Below, piece by piece: positions 8,230 through 17,020 of a stretch of 32,000 nt of DNA. Origin of the DNA: an uncultured Opitutales bacterium (GTDB taxonomy: Bacteria; Verrucomicrobiota; Verrucomicrobiia; Opitutales; Intestinicryptomonadaceae). How positions within the stretch are numbered: the first letter of the stretch is position 1; the number at the start of each line of letters is the position of its first letter. Under the pieces are notes generated by a model. That model saw nothing but the letters and a program-made list of their open reading frames with translations. It had not been told where the DNA came from and did not search any database. A program made the translations under genes and the position numbers. Where the stretch lies: assembly GCA_934660865.1 (NCBI GenBank), contig CAKUIA010000005.1, positions 60,001 to 92,000 on the forward strand, in the 5' to 3' direction.

Positions 8230-8274
8230 ATATGTTTGCAAGAGCGCGCAAAGCGTCAATTATAGCCCCACGTT

Positions 8275-9051
8275 ATGCGCTTTATCTTTATGGGAACGGG
8301 CACAAGCCAGGGCGTGCCGCTTATTGCTTCTAAAAACGAGGGGTTGGATTTGTCGAACCCCAAGAACTGGCGCACGCGCGCCAGCGCGCACCTAAACATA
8401 AAAGGCATAGACATTCAGATAGACGCCGGCCCCGAATTTAGGCTGCAGTGCCTTAAAAACAACATAAAAAACATAGACTTTTTCATTCTGACCCACGGCC
8501 ATGCCGACCATATTGTCGGAATGGACGACCTGCGCCGTTTTTGCGACCTAAAGCCCGACCATATTATAGACGTTTACGGCGAAGACGGCGGGTTGGAAAG
8601 GGTAAAAGACATATTCCCCTATGCTTTGGGCGACGGCCCCGCCCAAAGGGGCTACCCCTGCTTTAAGTTGCACAACTTGCCACCGCTTACCGACTTGGGA
8701 AACGGCGTAAAGATACGCAGCACCATTTTGCCGCACGACACGGTAAAAACACTGGGGCTCCTTTTCGAGGAAGACGGCAAAAAAATAGCCTACTATTGCG
8801 ACTGCAAGTCTTTGCCCGACGAAGCACAGCGCCTTGCCTACAAAGCCGATGTGCTTGTAATAGACGGGCTTCGCCCCGGCTACCACCACTCGCACATGTC
8901 GATATACGAGGCCGTAGAATACGGCAAACTGCTTGAAGCAAAAAAAGTTTACCTTACCCATACAACCTGCCAAATAGACTACGATACCTGGCAAAAAAAG
9001 CTGCCCGAAAACTTCTTTATTGCCTACGACGGCCTTACTTTTGAAGTTTGA
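8275..9051 (+). CDS. MBL-fold metallo-hydrolase (PhnP/RNase-Z-like subgroup)
   Basis: 258 aa. The N-terminus FMGTGTSQGVP and the HxHxDH motif (ILTHGHADHIVG) are typical of the metallo-beta-lactamase fold. Confidence 0.75.
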   Translation: MRFIFMGTGTSQGVPLIASKNEGLDLSNPKNWRTRASAHLNIKGIDIQIDAGPEFRLQCLKNNIKNIDFFILTHGHADHIVGMDDLRRFCDLKPDHIIDVYGEDGGLERVKDIFPYALGDGPAQRGYPCFKLHNLPPLTDLGNGVKIRSTILPHDTVKTLGLLFEEDGKKIAYYCDCKSLPDEAQRLAYKADVLVIDGLRPGYHHSHMSIYEAVEYGKLLEAKKVYLTHTTCQIDYDTWQKKLPENFFIAYDGLTFEV

Positions 9052-9139
9052 CAAAGGGGGGGCGTTTTTTTCTTGTAATTTGCGGCGGCTGCATTAACTT
9101 GGCAGACAATAATACAACCATCAATCAGACAAAGGAAAA

Positions 9140-9946
9140 ATGAAAAAATACATACTTACATTCTTGGCTGCAGTTCTCGGAACAGGCGCGGCGTTTGCCC
9201 AGGACGGCAAATTCCCGCTCGACTCGGTTCTAAACCCCTCGGTTTCAAACCTTAGCGTTTCGGCATCGGTAGGCATAGAGTCGCAATATGTTTTCCGCGG
9301 CGAAAAGCTTGCGGGCATTTCGCTTCAGCCCGAAGTTCAACTTTCGTACCCGATTGCGGGCTTCGACGTATACGGCGGCGCGTGGGCAAACACCCCCCTT
9401 CAAAAGAAAACCCCCTACGAGGGCGCCGAAGTGGACCTTTGCGCGGGCGCAAACTACCAAATTTCGGCCTTGACGCTGGACTTGGGCTATGTGTACTACT
9501 GGTATACCGACAACGCCCCCGACAGCATTAACCACGACCAGGACGTATATTTCGGAATTAGCCTGGACACTTCCTCTTTCCTTCGCGGCTTTAACCTTAA
9601 CCCCGCCTTGTACTACTTCTACAATTTGGACTTAAAACAGCACGTTATAGAAGCTTCGCTCGGGCACGAATTTGAATTGGGCGCGCTGGCGGGCATAGAG
9701 GCTTTAACTTTCCCCGTAAGGGGCTATTTAGGCTGGCTTACGGCCGACGAATACGAAGGCATACCCGACAACAAATATTCGTACTGGTATGCGGGGGCTA
9801 CCGCCGACGTTGCCTACGCTCTTACCGAATTTTGCAAAATCAGCGCGGGCGTTCGCTACTCGTACAAGCACCACGGCGACGAATCGCTTAACATAGACGA
9901 CAAACACGAAATTTGGTGGGGCGCAAAAGTAAGCTTCGGCTTCTAA
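9140..9946 (+). CDS. TorF-family (Gcw_chp) putative outer-membrane porin
   Basis: 268 aa with signal peptide MKKYILTFLAAVLGTGAAFAQ. Family-typical N-terminal pattern S.YVFRG...LQP.V..S....G.YGG.WAN and EVDL.AG. Alternating beta-strand pattern ending in an aromatic residue (VSFGF). Confidence 0.65.
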   Translation: MKKYILTFLAAVLGTGAAFAQDGKFPLDSVLNPSVSNLSVSASVGIESQYVFRGEKLAGISLQPEVQLSYPIAGFDVYGGAWANTPLQKKTPYEGAEVDLCAGANYQISALTLDLGYVYYWYTDNAPDSINHDQDVYFGISLDTSSFLRGFNLNPALYYFYNLDLKQHVIEASLGHEFELGALAGIEALTFPVRGYLGWLTADEYEGIPDNKYSYWYAGATADVAYALTEFCKISAGVRYSYKHHGDESLNIDDKHEIWWGAKVSFGF

Positions 9947-9966
9947 AAAACCAACCTTTAACTTTG

Positions 9967-9996
9967 GGCGCAAAGCTTTATACTTTGCGCCTTTTT
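9967..9996 (+). terminator. rho-independent terminator after the porin gene
   Basis: GGCGCAAAG pairs with CTTTGCGCC as a 9-bp stem with a 7-nt loop. The hairpin is followed by TTTTTATTTT. Confidence 0.8.
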
Positions 9997-10006
9997 ATTT
10001 TAAAAA

Positions 10007-11542
10007 ATGCTGGCAAAACTCTATTCGGGCGCACTTATGGGCGTAGACGCCCTAAAGGTTGAAGTTGAAGTAAACTCGGGGCAAAAGGGCGAACCGCGCA
10101 CCTTCATTGTGGGGCTGCCCGACGCCGCCGTTAAAGAGTCGCTCGACAGGGTTTCGGCTGCGATTTCGAATTCGGGGCTGGCCGTGCCCTCCACGAAAAT
10201 TACCGTAAACTTGGCTCCGGGCGACGTAAAAAAAGAGGGCTCTACCTACGACTTGCCCATTGCTTTGGGCATTTTGGCCTCGGCGGGCAAAATTTCGGCG
10301 CAAAAGGCAAACGACTATATCATTGCCGGCGAACTTGCGCTTTCGGGCGAGCTTAGACCCGTAAGGGGGGCGGTAAGCCTTGCGCTGCTTGCCCGAAAAG
10401 AGGGGCTAAGGGGCGTGATTTTGCCCAAAGAAAGCGCAAAAGAGGCGGCTTTTATCGACAAAATAGAGGTTTTGGCGGCAAACTCGCTAAGGGAAATTTG
10501 CGGATTTTTTAACGAGCAAAACAATCTTGAAACCATAAATACGGCGGAATTTCCCCATATCGACGGGGAGACCCTAGGCTTCGACTTTGCCGAAGTAAGG
10601 GGGCAGGAAAGCGCAAAAAGGGCAATTCAAATTGCGGTTGCCGGCTTTCACAACATTCTTATGATAGGCTCGCCCGGCTCGGGCAAAAGCATGATGGCAA
10701 AAAGGATTCCCTCCATTATGCCCAAGCCCGACAAAGAGGAGTTTTTGGAAATTTTGGGGATATATTCGGCGTGCAAAAGCACAAAACTTTTGGAAAACAC
10801 CCCCAATTTGCGCCCCTTTAGGGCGGTTCACCACTCCATTAGCGACATAGGGCTAATCGGCGGAGGCTCTATCCCCAAACCGGGCGAAATTTCGCTGGCA
10901 CACAACGGCGTTTTGTTTTTAGACGAGCTGCCCGAATTTAAGCGCAATGTGCTTGAACTTTTAAGGCAGCCTTTGGAAGACGGCAAAATCTGCATTTCCA
11001 GGGCTGCGGCAAAGATAGAGCTTAAATGCAACTTTATGCTGGTTGCGGCAATGAACCCATGCCCCTGCGGGCACTTGGGCGACCCGAACAAAAAGTGCAG
11101 GTGCACCCCCGCGCAAATACAGCGCTACCAAAGCAAAATTTCGGGGCCTCTTGCCGACAGAATAGACATTCACATACGCGTAAACTCGCTTTCGCTGGAG
11201 GATTTGTCTTCGGCAAAAGAGGGGTTAAGCTCGGCTCAGATGCGCAAAAAAATAGAAGTTGCCCGGCAAATACAAAAAGAGCGCTTTAAAAACGAAAGCT
11301 TCCTTTCGGCCGCAAAAAACAACGCCAATATGAGCGGCGCGCAGATAAAAAAATTTTGCGCCCTAAAGCCCGAAGAAGCCGACCTTTTGGCAATGGCAAT
11401 GCGCGAGCTAAACCTTTCGGCAAGGGCGTGGAACAAGGTCCTGAAAATTTCGAGAACCATTGCCGACATCGAGGAAAGCGAAAACATACAAGCCCCGCAC
11501 CTTCTGGAGGCCATAAACTACAGGGGGCTGGACAAAGCCTAG
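10007..11542 (+). CDS. comM: YifB/ComM family Mg-chelatase-like AAA+ ATPase
   Basis: 511 aa. The N-terminal Lon-protease-like domain carries G.D...V.VEV and [11 protein letters not shown]. Walker A is GSPGSGKS and Walker B is [11 protein letters not shown]. The cysteine cluster [20 protein letters not shown] and the C-terminal block HLLEAINYR are typical of the family. Confidence 0.9.
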   Translation: MLAKLYSGALMGVDALKVEVEVNSGQKGEPRTFIVGLPDAAVKESLDRVSAAISNSGLAVPSTKITVNLAPGDVKKEGSTYDLPIALGILASAGKISAQKANDYIIAGELALSGELRPVRGAVSLALLARKEGLRGVILPKESAKEAAFIDKIEVLAANSLREICGFFNEQNNLETINTAEFPHIDGETLGFDFAEVRGQESAKRAIQIAVAGFHNILMIGSPGSGKSMMAKRIPSIMPKPDKEEFLEILGIYSACKSTKLLENTPNLRPFRAVHHSISDIGLIGGGSIPKPGEISLAHNGVLFLDELPEFKRNVLELLRQPLEDGKICISRAAAKIELKCNFMLVAAMNPCPCGHLGDPNKKCRCTPAQIQRYQSKISGPLADRIDIHIRVNSLSLEDLSSAKEGLSSAQMRKKIEVARQIQKERFKNESFLSAAKNNANMSGAQIKKFCALKPEEADLLAMAMRELNLSARAWNKVLKISRTIADIEESENIQAPHLLEAINYRGLDKA

Positions 11543-11553
11543 AGGCGCGCAGC

Positions 11554-12285
11554 CTAAATTGTGCCCGAATCTACAAAAAGGTTTTGCCCTGTAATGGATT
11601 TCGATTTTTCGCTAAGCAAAAACCCGACCGTTTGCGCAACGCTTTGCGGGCTTGTGGCCTCTTTTAGGGCGGTGCGGTTGTATATTTTTTCCCGTTGTTC
11701 GCCGCTTAAAGACGCGCTCATGTCGGTTTGCATAAAGCCGCAAACAACGCAGTTGCTGCGTATGCCCCTTTGCCCCCATTCGCGCGCGGTGTTTTTCGAG
11801 AAAGCCTCCATTGCGCCCTTTGTTGCCGCATACATTGCCAATCCCTTATAGCCCGTATGCGCGCTTATCGAGGATATATGCACAATAGAGCCTAAAAGCC
11901 TGTTTAAAATCATATTCCTTACGGCACACTTTACCAACATCATCGGGGTAAATACATTCACGGCAAACATCTCTTTTGTCTGCGAAATGTCGAGATTGGA
12001 AACGAGGTCGTCGTAGGCAAGGGCCGCATTGTTTACAAAGCCGCTTAGGGGAACTTTATGCGAAATAAAATCGTCGGCAAACAATGCGCTTTTTGCCGAA
12101 ACCGCATCGCTTAAATCTGCCGCCTTATAGAACAAACGCCCCGAAAATGTTTCCGACAAAGTTTCAAGCTCTCCGCTTTTTGCGCGGCTTGTTGCATAAA
12201 CGCAATAGTTGCCGCTTTCGAGCAATGTTTTGCAAATTTCCAACCCAAGCCCTCTCGAAGCTCCCGTTAACAATATGTTTTTCAT
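11554..12285 (-). CDS. short-chain dehydrogenase/reductase (FabG-like), last gene of the carrier-protein operon
   Basis: 243 aa with cofactor motif LTGASRGLG and catalytic S...YAATK. Its ATG overlaps the ligase stop (ATGA at 12282-12285). Confidence 0.8.
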   Translation of the reverse strand: MKNILLTGASRGLGLEICKTLLESGNYCVYATSRAKSGELETLSETFSGRLFYKAADLSDAVSAKSALFADDFISHKVPLSGFVNNAALAYDDLVSNLDISQTKEMFAVNVFTPMMLVKCAVRNMILNRLLGSIVHISSISAHTGYKGLAMYAATKGAMEAFSKNTAREWGQRGIRSNCVVCGFMQTDMSASLSGEQREKIYNRTALKEATSPQSVAQTVGFLLSEKSKSITGQNLFVDSGTI

Positions 12286-13505
12286 CTTTTCAGCTTTCCC
12301 GTTGCGGTTTGTTTTAGGCTTTCAACAAAAGTTATCTTGCGCGGAATTTTAAACGGCTGCAGCTTGTCCGCCAAAAAATTCCTTATTTGGGGAATATCCA
12401 AAAAAGCCCCTTTTGCAGGTTTTATGTCGGCGCACAAAATGTTGCCTATAACCGAATTTTTTTGCCCGTAAACGGCGGCGTCGGCAACCTGCGGCATTAG
12501 GCGCAAAACGCCTTCTACCTCCTCTATGTTCACCTTGTAGCCGCCCGTGTTTACAAGGCTGCATTGGCGCGCTACGAACCTGAATTTCGTCTTTTCGGGG
12601 TCTGCAAATTCAACCAAATCGCCCGTATTGTACCAGTCGCCAACATTCGGTAGCGAATCCGCAACCCCCATAAGGCTTTTGTGCACAAGCAGGGTATTGC
12701 CCCGCACTTTAATTTTGCCGGCATAAGCCGGCGGAACCGAAAAATATTCGCCGCTGCAAACCAGCAATGTGCCGAATTCGGTTGCGGCGTATATGTTGTT
12801 TATTTTTGCGCGGGGGAAAATTTTTGCCAACCGCGCATACAGCGCGTTGTCGGATTTTTCGCCCCCGCATGTTATGCGCAAAACGCTGTTAAAGGCGGCC
12901 GCAGCGCAAGGCAACATTCTATAGAAAGTGGGCGTTGCCGAAATGTGCGTAATTTTGCGGGCATTTATAAGCGAAAATATTTTGCCTTCGCTTTGCCCGA
13001 ACAAAAACACGATTTCGTTTAAATTGAAAAATGCCTGAAAAAAAACCTGAAGCCCCGCCATGTGGGTGGGGTTGTAGGCAAAACCCCAAACGTGCCCCGC
13101 GTACTTTTCCGAAACCCTCACCGCGCGCGAAAGCGTTTTTACGGTGTGCACAACCTTTTTCGGCAGCCCCGTTGTTCCCGAAGTAAACAATGTTATTTTA
13201 GACTCCGAATTTTTTACCCAATACAGCAAATCGGAAAGCGAATCTATTTTTTGCCCGCCGCAACCCTGCTGCGTTTCTTCGGCGCCGTCAACGCCCATTG
13301 CCGAAAGCTCGCTTTGCGTTGTGTCAAAATCTACAAGACATATGTCTTTGCCGTAGGCCAAAGCGCAAACCAAATCGAAAAAGAACCGTTTTGGCTCTTT
13401 TGCCGTCAGCACGTTTTTACAGCTCTTTGCATTGCGCACAAAACAAAGCAGCTCCGAATACGGCACTAGCTTATCTTCGCAAAACAAAAACGGCCGTTCG
13501 CTCAT
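12282..13505 (-). CDS. compact adenylate-forming (ANL superfamily) ligase, probable acyl/aminoacyl-carrier-protein ligase
   Basis: 407 aa with ANL core motifs TSGTTGLPKKV, YAATE, YNTGDL, GGYKVNIEEVE and TATGKLKR. Its ATG overlaps the stop of the ACP gene. Confidence 0.8.
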   Translation of the reverse strand: MSERPFLFCEDKLVPYSELLCFVRNAKSCKNVLTAKEPKRFFFDLVCALAYGKDICLVDFDTTQSELSAMGVDGAEETQQGCGGQKIDSLSDLLYWVKNSESKITLFTSGTTGLPKKVVHTVKTLSRAVRVSEKYAGHVWGFAYNPTHMAGLQVFFQAFFNLNEIVFLFGQSEGKIFSLINARKITHISATPTFYRMLPCAAAAFNSVLRITCGGEKSDNALYARLAKIFPRAKINNIYAATEFGTLLVCSGEYFSVPPAYAGKIKVRGNTLLVHKSLMGVADSLPNVGDWYNTGDLVEFADPEKTKFRFVARQCSLVNTGGYKVNIEEVEGVLRLMPQVADAAVYGQKNSVIGNILCADIKPAKGAFLDIPQIRNFLADKLQPFKIPRKITFVESLKQTATGKLKR

Positions 13506-13735
13506 TGCGGCTTTTCAAGCTTTCGGCAAAGTTCGCCGAATGTGCGTATCGGGCCTTCGGCAAAAACATCTACCTTAAATTCGGCCTCTATATTTACGGT
13601 AAGCTCCGCCAAATCGAAAGAGTCGAAGCCGAACGTTTCGCGCAAATCGCTTTGCGCGCAAAGGTCTTTAACGGGGGCTTGCCCCTTGTTTTTCCTTATG
13701 GAGTTTGCAATTTCCAAGAGCCTTGTTTTTACCAT
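13502..13735 (-). CDS. free-standing acyl/peptidyl carrier protein
   Basis: 77 aa with phosphopantetheine-attachment-type motif GFDSFDLAEL in a four-helix-sized protein. It sits directly upstream of the ligase. Confidence 0.75.
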   Translation of the reverse strand: MVKTRLLEIANSIRKNKGQAPVKDLCAQSDLRETFGFDSFDLAELTVNIEAEFKVDVFAEGPIRTFGELCRKLEKPQ

Positions 13736-13742
13736 AAAAGCA

Positions 13743-14408
13743 CTACTTTTTTGCGGGGGTTGCCCCTTTTGTTATCGCGTCGAACACGATTTCGGCAATC
13801 TCTTTTGCGCCTTCGGCATTCGGATGAATTTTGTCTTTTTGGAAAAACTCTATTTCGTCTTCCTTTAAGATTGAATATACGTCTATTACGGGAAGTTTCT
13901 TTTTCTTTGCAACATCGCCTACTATTGCCCTTACCCTCGCCAAATTAGCCTCCTGAATTGCGTGCCCAGACGGGAAACTCGGCGGAACCGTGCAAATGTA
14001 TACAACGGGCTTTTCGGGAAGTTTTATGTAGCTGTCCACCAAAGAGGAAAAGTCCCTTTCCAATTCCGCCAAAAACGCCATATTTTGCGGGGCCGCGTCG
14101 TTTGTGCCGAGCATAATCACCACAATGTCGGGCTTAAATTCAAGAGACGCCTTATACGCCTTTTCCTTTGTATAGCACAATTTTGTTTTTTTGCCTATGC
14201 TGCGCCCTCTTATACCGAAATTTTCAACCTTGTACTTGTCGCCGAGCATTGTCTGCAAAACATAGGGGTAGTTTAGGGTTTCCCTGCCCTTTATGCCGAA
14301 GCCGTAGGTTATGCTGTCGCCTACGCAGGCAACTTTTTTAACTTGGTCGGCAAAGCCTGCGCTTAAAGTGATAAGCAAAGCAAAAGTAAGTGCTGTTAGT
14401 TTTTTCAT
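13743..14408 (-). CDS. secreted SGNH/GDSL-family hydrolase or acyltransferase
   Basis: 221 aa from ATG 14408 (MKKLTALTFALLITLSAGFA, a signal peptide). Block I is VACVGDSITYG, block III is GTNDA and block V is DKIHPN. The TTG start at 14429 was judged less likely. The stop lies 7 nt before the ACP start. Confidence 0.8.
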   Translation of the reverse strand: MKKLTALTFALLITLSAGFADQVKKVACVGDSITYGFGIKGRETLNYPYVLQTMLGDKYKVENFGIRGRSIGKKTKLCYTKEKAYKASLEFKPDIVVIMLGTNDAAPQNMAFLAELERDFSSLVDSYIKLPEKPVVYICTVPPSFPSGHAIQEANLARVRAIVGDVAKKKKLPVIDVYSILKEDEIEFFQKDKIHPNAEGAKEIAEIVFDAITKGATPAKK

Positions 14409-14499
14409 ACATTGCCGATTTTCCGCCAAAAAATCGCCTTGTCGAGAAAATAAGCTATACTTTGCGCTGTTTTTTATATAGTCTGCATGCTTTTAAACT

Positions 14500-16758
14500 A
14501 TGAACGAACTGCATGTAATTTCCACGGCAAAGGCGTTGAACATTGCCGTAAACGCCGTAGCCGAAACCGCAAAGCTGCTGGAGCAAGGAGCTACAATTCC
14601 CTTTATTGCAAGGTACCGAAAAGAGGCAACTGGCTCGCTGGACGAAGTTCAAATTGGCTCTATAAGAGACGAGCTTGAAAGGCTGCAGGTGCTAGACGCC
14701 CGCAAAACGGCTATTAAAGACTCTTTAAAAGAGCGCAATTTGCTTACAAGCGAGCTGGAAAAATCCATAGACGAAGCCGAAAGCATGGCAAGGGTTGAAG
14801 ACATTTACCAGCCCTTTAAGCCCAAGCGCAGAACAAAGGCCATGATTGCCAAAGAAAAGGGGCTTGAACCTTTGGCGGACTATATTTTGGAAAACCAAAA
14901 CGCCGAATGCGCCGAATACGCAAAGGGTTTTGTTTCGGAGGAAAAAGGCGTTGCCAACGCCGACGAAGCATTGCAGGGCGCCAGAGACATTTTGGCCGAA
15001 AAGATTGCCGACGACCCCGACACGCGCTCGCAAATGCGCGCCTTTTACGAAAAAGAGGCGGTATTTTCGTCGAAAGTGCTGTCGGGCAAAGACGAGCAGG
15101 CCGCAAAGTACCGCGACTATTTCGATTTTTCGGAAAAGGCAAAAGACGTTCCCTCGCACAGGGTTTTGGCGGTGCGCCGCGGCGAGGCCGAGGGCTTTTT
15201 GTTTATGAGGGTTGTTCCCGACGAAGATTCGGCAATTTCGCTGCTTAAACACCGCTTTGTAAACGGCAAAGGCGACTGCGCAAACCAGGTTGCCCAGGCC
15301 TGCGAAGATTCGTACAAAAGGCTTTTGGGGGCCACCAGCGAAACGTATATGCGCCTGGAGCTTAAAAAGAAGGCCGACGAAGAGGCGATTAAGGTTTTTG
15401 CCAACAACTTAAGGGAGCTTTTAATGGCCTCGCCTTTGGGACAGAAAAATACGCTGGCCATAGACCCCGGCTTTAGGACGGGCTGCAAGGTTGTTGTTTT
15501 AAACAGGCAGGGCGCCCTTTTGCACAACAGCGTAATATACCCCGAACAGGGCGACCATAAAAGGCAGGAAGCCCAAATGGAAATTCTTAAGCTTTGCCAC
15601 CAATACGCAATAGAGGCAATAGCCATAGGCAACGGCACGGCAGGCAGGGAAACCGAAAGCTTTATACGCTCTTTGGGGCTGCCAAAAAGCATTGTAATTG
15701 TAATGGTAAACGAAAGCGGGGCTTCCATCTACTCGGCTTCGGAAGTTGCCAGAGAGGAATTCCCCCAATACGACATTACCGTAAGGGGCGCAGTTTCGAT
15801 AGGCAGAAGGCTTATGGACCCCTTGGCCGAATTGGTAAAGATAGACCCCCAGTCGATAGGCGTAGGCCAATACCAGCACGACGTAAACCAGCAAAGCCTT
15901 AAAAAGTCGCTCGACGACACTGTTATTAGCTGCGTAAACAATGTGGGCGTAGAGGTAAACACCGCCTCAAAGCAGTTGCTTGCCTATGTTTCGGGGCTTA
16001 ATTTGTCGACCGCCGCAAACATTGTGGCCTACCGCAACGAATTCGGCGCATTTAAGTCGCGCAAAGACCTTTTAAAGGTAAAAGGACTGGGGGCGAAAAC
16101 CTACGAACAGGCCGCGGGCTTTTTAAGGATTAGAGACGGCATAAACCCGCTGGACGCCAGCGCGGTTCACCCCGAAAGGTACGCGCTTGTCGAGCAAATG
16201 GCGCACGACATTTCGTCGAATGTTGCCGACCTGCTTAAAGACCCGTCTTTAAGGGCCAAAATAAACCTGCAAAAATACGTTAAAGACGACGTTGGCATGC
16301 CGACTTTAAAGGATATTTTAAGCGAGCTTGGCAAACCGGGGCGCGACCCGCGCGAAAAGTTCGAAGCCTTCTCGTTTATGGACGGCGTAAACAAAATAGA
16401 AGACCTAAAAGAGGGCATGCGCCTAAACGGCATTGTTACAAATGTAACGGCGTTTGGAGCTTTTGTAGACATAGGAGTGCACCAAGACGGCCTAGTCCAC
16501 ATAAGCGAATTGTCCGACTCGTTTGTAAGCGACCCGCACACGGTTGTAAAGCCGCAGCAAAAAGTAAGCGTTTATGTGCTTGAAGTGGACATTCCCCGAA
16601 AGAGGATTTCCCTTTCGATGAAAAGCAATCCGCAAAAGAAAGTCGCTTCGGCTTCGGACTTGGCAAACAAGGGGCGCCGCCCGCAAAAAAGCGGCGGCTA
16701 TTCGGCGCGCAGGCCCTTCGAAGACAGAAGCTTTAACAACCCGTTTGCAAATCTCTAA
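14500..16758 (+). CDS. tex: Tex-like transcription accessory protein (S1 RNA-binding domain protein)
   Basis: 752 aa. The N-terminus carries IPFIARYRKE. A YqgF/RuvC-like block (LAIDPGFRTGCK) and an HhH region (GLGAKTYEQAAGFLRI) are present. The C-terminal S1 domain reads GIVTNVTAFGAFVDIGVHQDGLVHISE. Confidence 0.9.
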   Translation: MNELHVISTAKALNIAVNAVAETAKLLEQGATIPFIARYRKEATGSLDEVQIGSIRDELERLQVLDARKTAIKDSLKERNLLTSELEKSIDEAESMARVEDIYQPFKPKRRTKAMIAKEKGLEPLADYILENQNAECAEYAKGFVSEEKGVANADEALQGARDILAEKIADDPDTRSQMRAFYEKEAVFSSKVLSGKDEQAAKYRDYFDFSEKAKDVPSHRVLAVRRGEAEGFLFMRVVPDEDSAISLLKHRFVNGKGDCANQVAQACEDSYKRLLGATSETYMRLELKKKADEEAIKVFANNLRELLMASPLGQKNTLAIDPGFRTGCKVVVLNRQGALLHNSVIYPEQGDHKRQEAQMEILKLCHQYAIEAIAIGNGTAGRETESFIRSLGLPKSIVIVMVNESGASIYSASEVAREEFPQYDITVRGAVSIGRRLMDPLAELVKIDPQSIGVGQYQHDVNQQSLKKSLDDTVISCVNNVGVEVNTASKQLLAYVSGLNLSTAANIVAYRNEFGAFKSRKDLLKVKGLGAKTYEQAAGFLRIRDGINPLDASAVHPERYALVEQMAHDISSNVADLLKDPSLRAKINLQKYVKDDVGMPTLKDILSELGKPGRDPREKFEAFSFMDGVNKIEDLKEGMRLNGIVTNVTAFGAFVDIGVHQDGLVHISELSDSFVSDPHTVVKPQQKVSVYVLEVDIPRKRISLSMKSNPQKKVASASDLANKGRRPQKSGGYSARRPFEDRSFNNPFANL

Positions 16759-16786
16759 CAACGCAATTTGCAAAGCAAAAAATATG

Positions 16787-16818
16787 TCGGGCACCGCAAA
16801 AACGGTGTCCGATTTTTT
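16787..16818 (+). terminator. rho-independent terminator of tex
   Basis: TCGGGCACCG pairs with CGGTGTCCGA as a 10-bp stem with one G-U pair and a 6-nt loop. The hairpin is followed by TTTTTT. Confidence 0.8.
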
Positions 16819-16935
16819 CATTCGCGCAAGGCATACGCAAAGCGCCTTTTGTTGATTTTTTTGCGCGTTTTTAGCGTTTATCTTTAAAATAGTGTGTTTT
16901 TTTGGCAAAAACCTTTGTTTTTCCCAAAAATTGCG

Positions 16936-16964
16936 TTGACAGTGCAAATACATACCCCTTCAAT
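16936..16964 (+). promoter_or_regulatory. candidate sigma70-type promoter for rhaA (TTGACA, 17-nt spacer, TTCAAT)
   Basis: Consensus -35 TTGACA at 16936-16941, a 17-nt spacer, and TTCAAT at 16959-16964. It lies about 55 nt upstream of the ATG. Confidence 0.4.
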
Positions 16965-17020
16965 GGTGTCGTCATTTAACCGCGCAATTTAACACAAAGC
17001 GCACAACCAGAAAAGCCATT

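Noticed and set aside
11543-11553. The convergent comM / SDR junction, 11 nt, as a possible shared terminator.
   Set aside because: No hairpin or U-run can be formed in or around the 11-nt gap. There is nothing to annotate beyond the observation that the two transcripts must overlap or terminate inside the opposing gene.
13298-13948. 216-aa plus-strand ORF spanning the ligase/ACP/SGNH junctions.
   Set aside because: It is antisense to three genes with clear catalytic motifs. Its product is Arg/Leu-rich and low in complexity.
14430-14499. Promoter elements in the divergent SGNH-operon / tex region (TATACT at 14456, TATATA at 14475, TTGTCG at 14439).
   Set aside because: None of the -10-like hexamers has a -35-like partner at a 16-19 nt spacing on either strand. 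Calling a promoter here would be guesswork.
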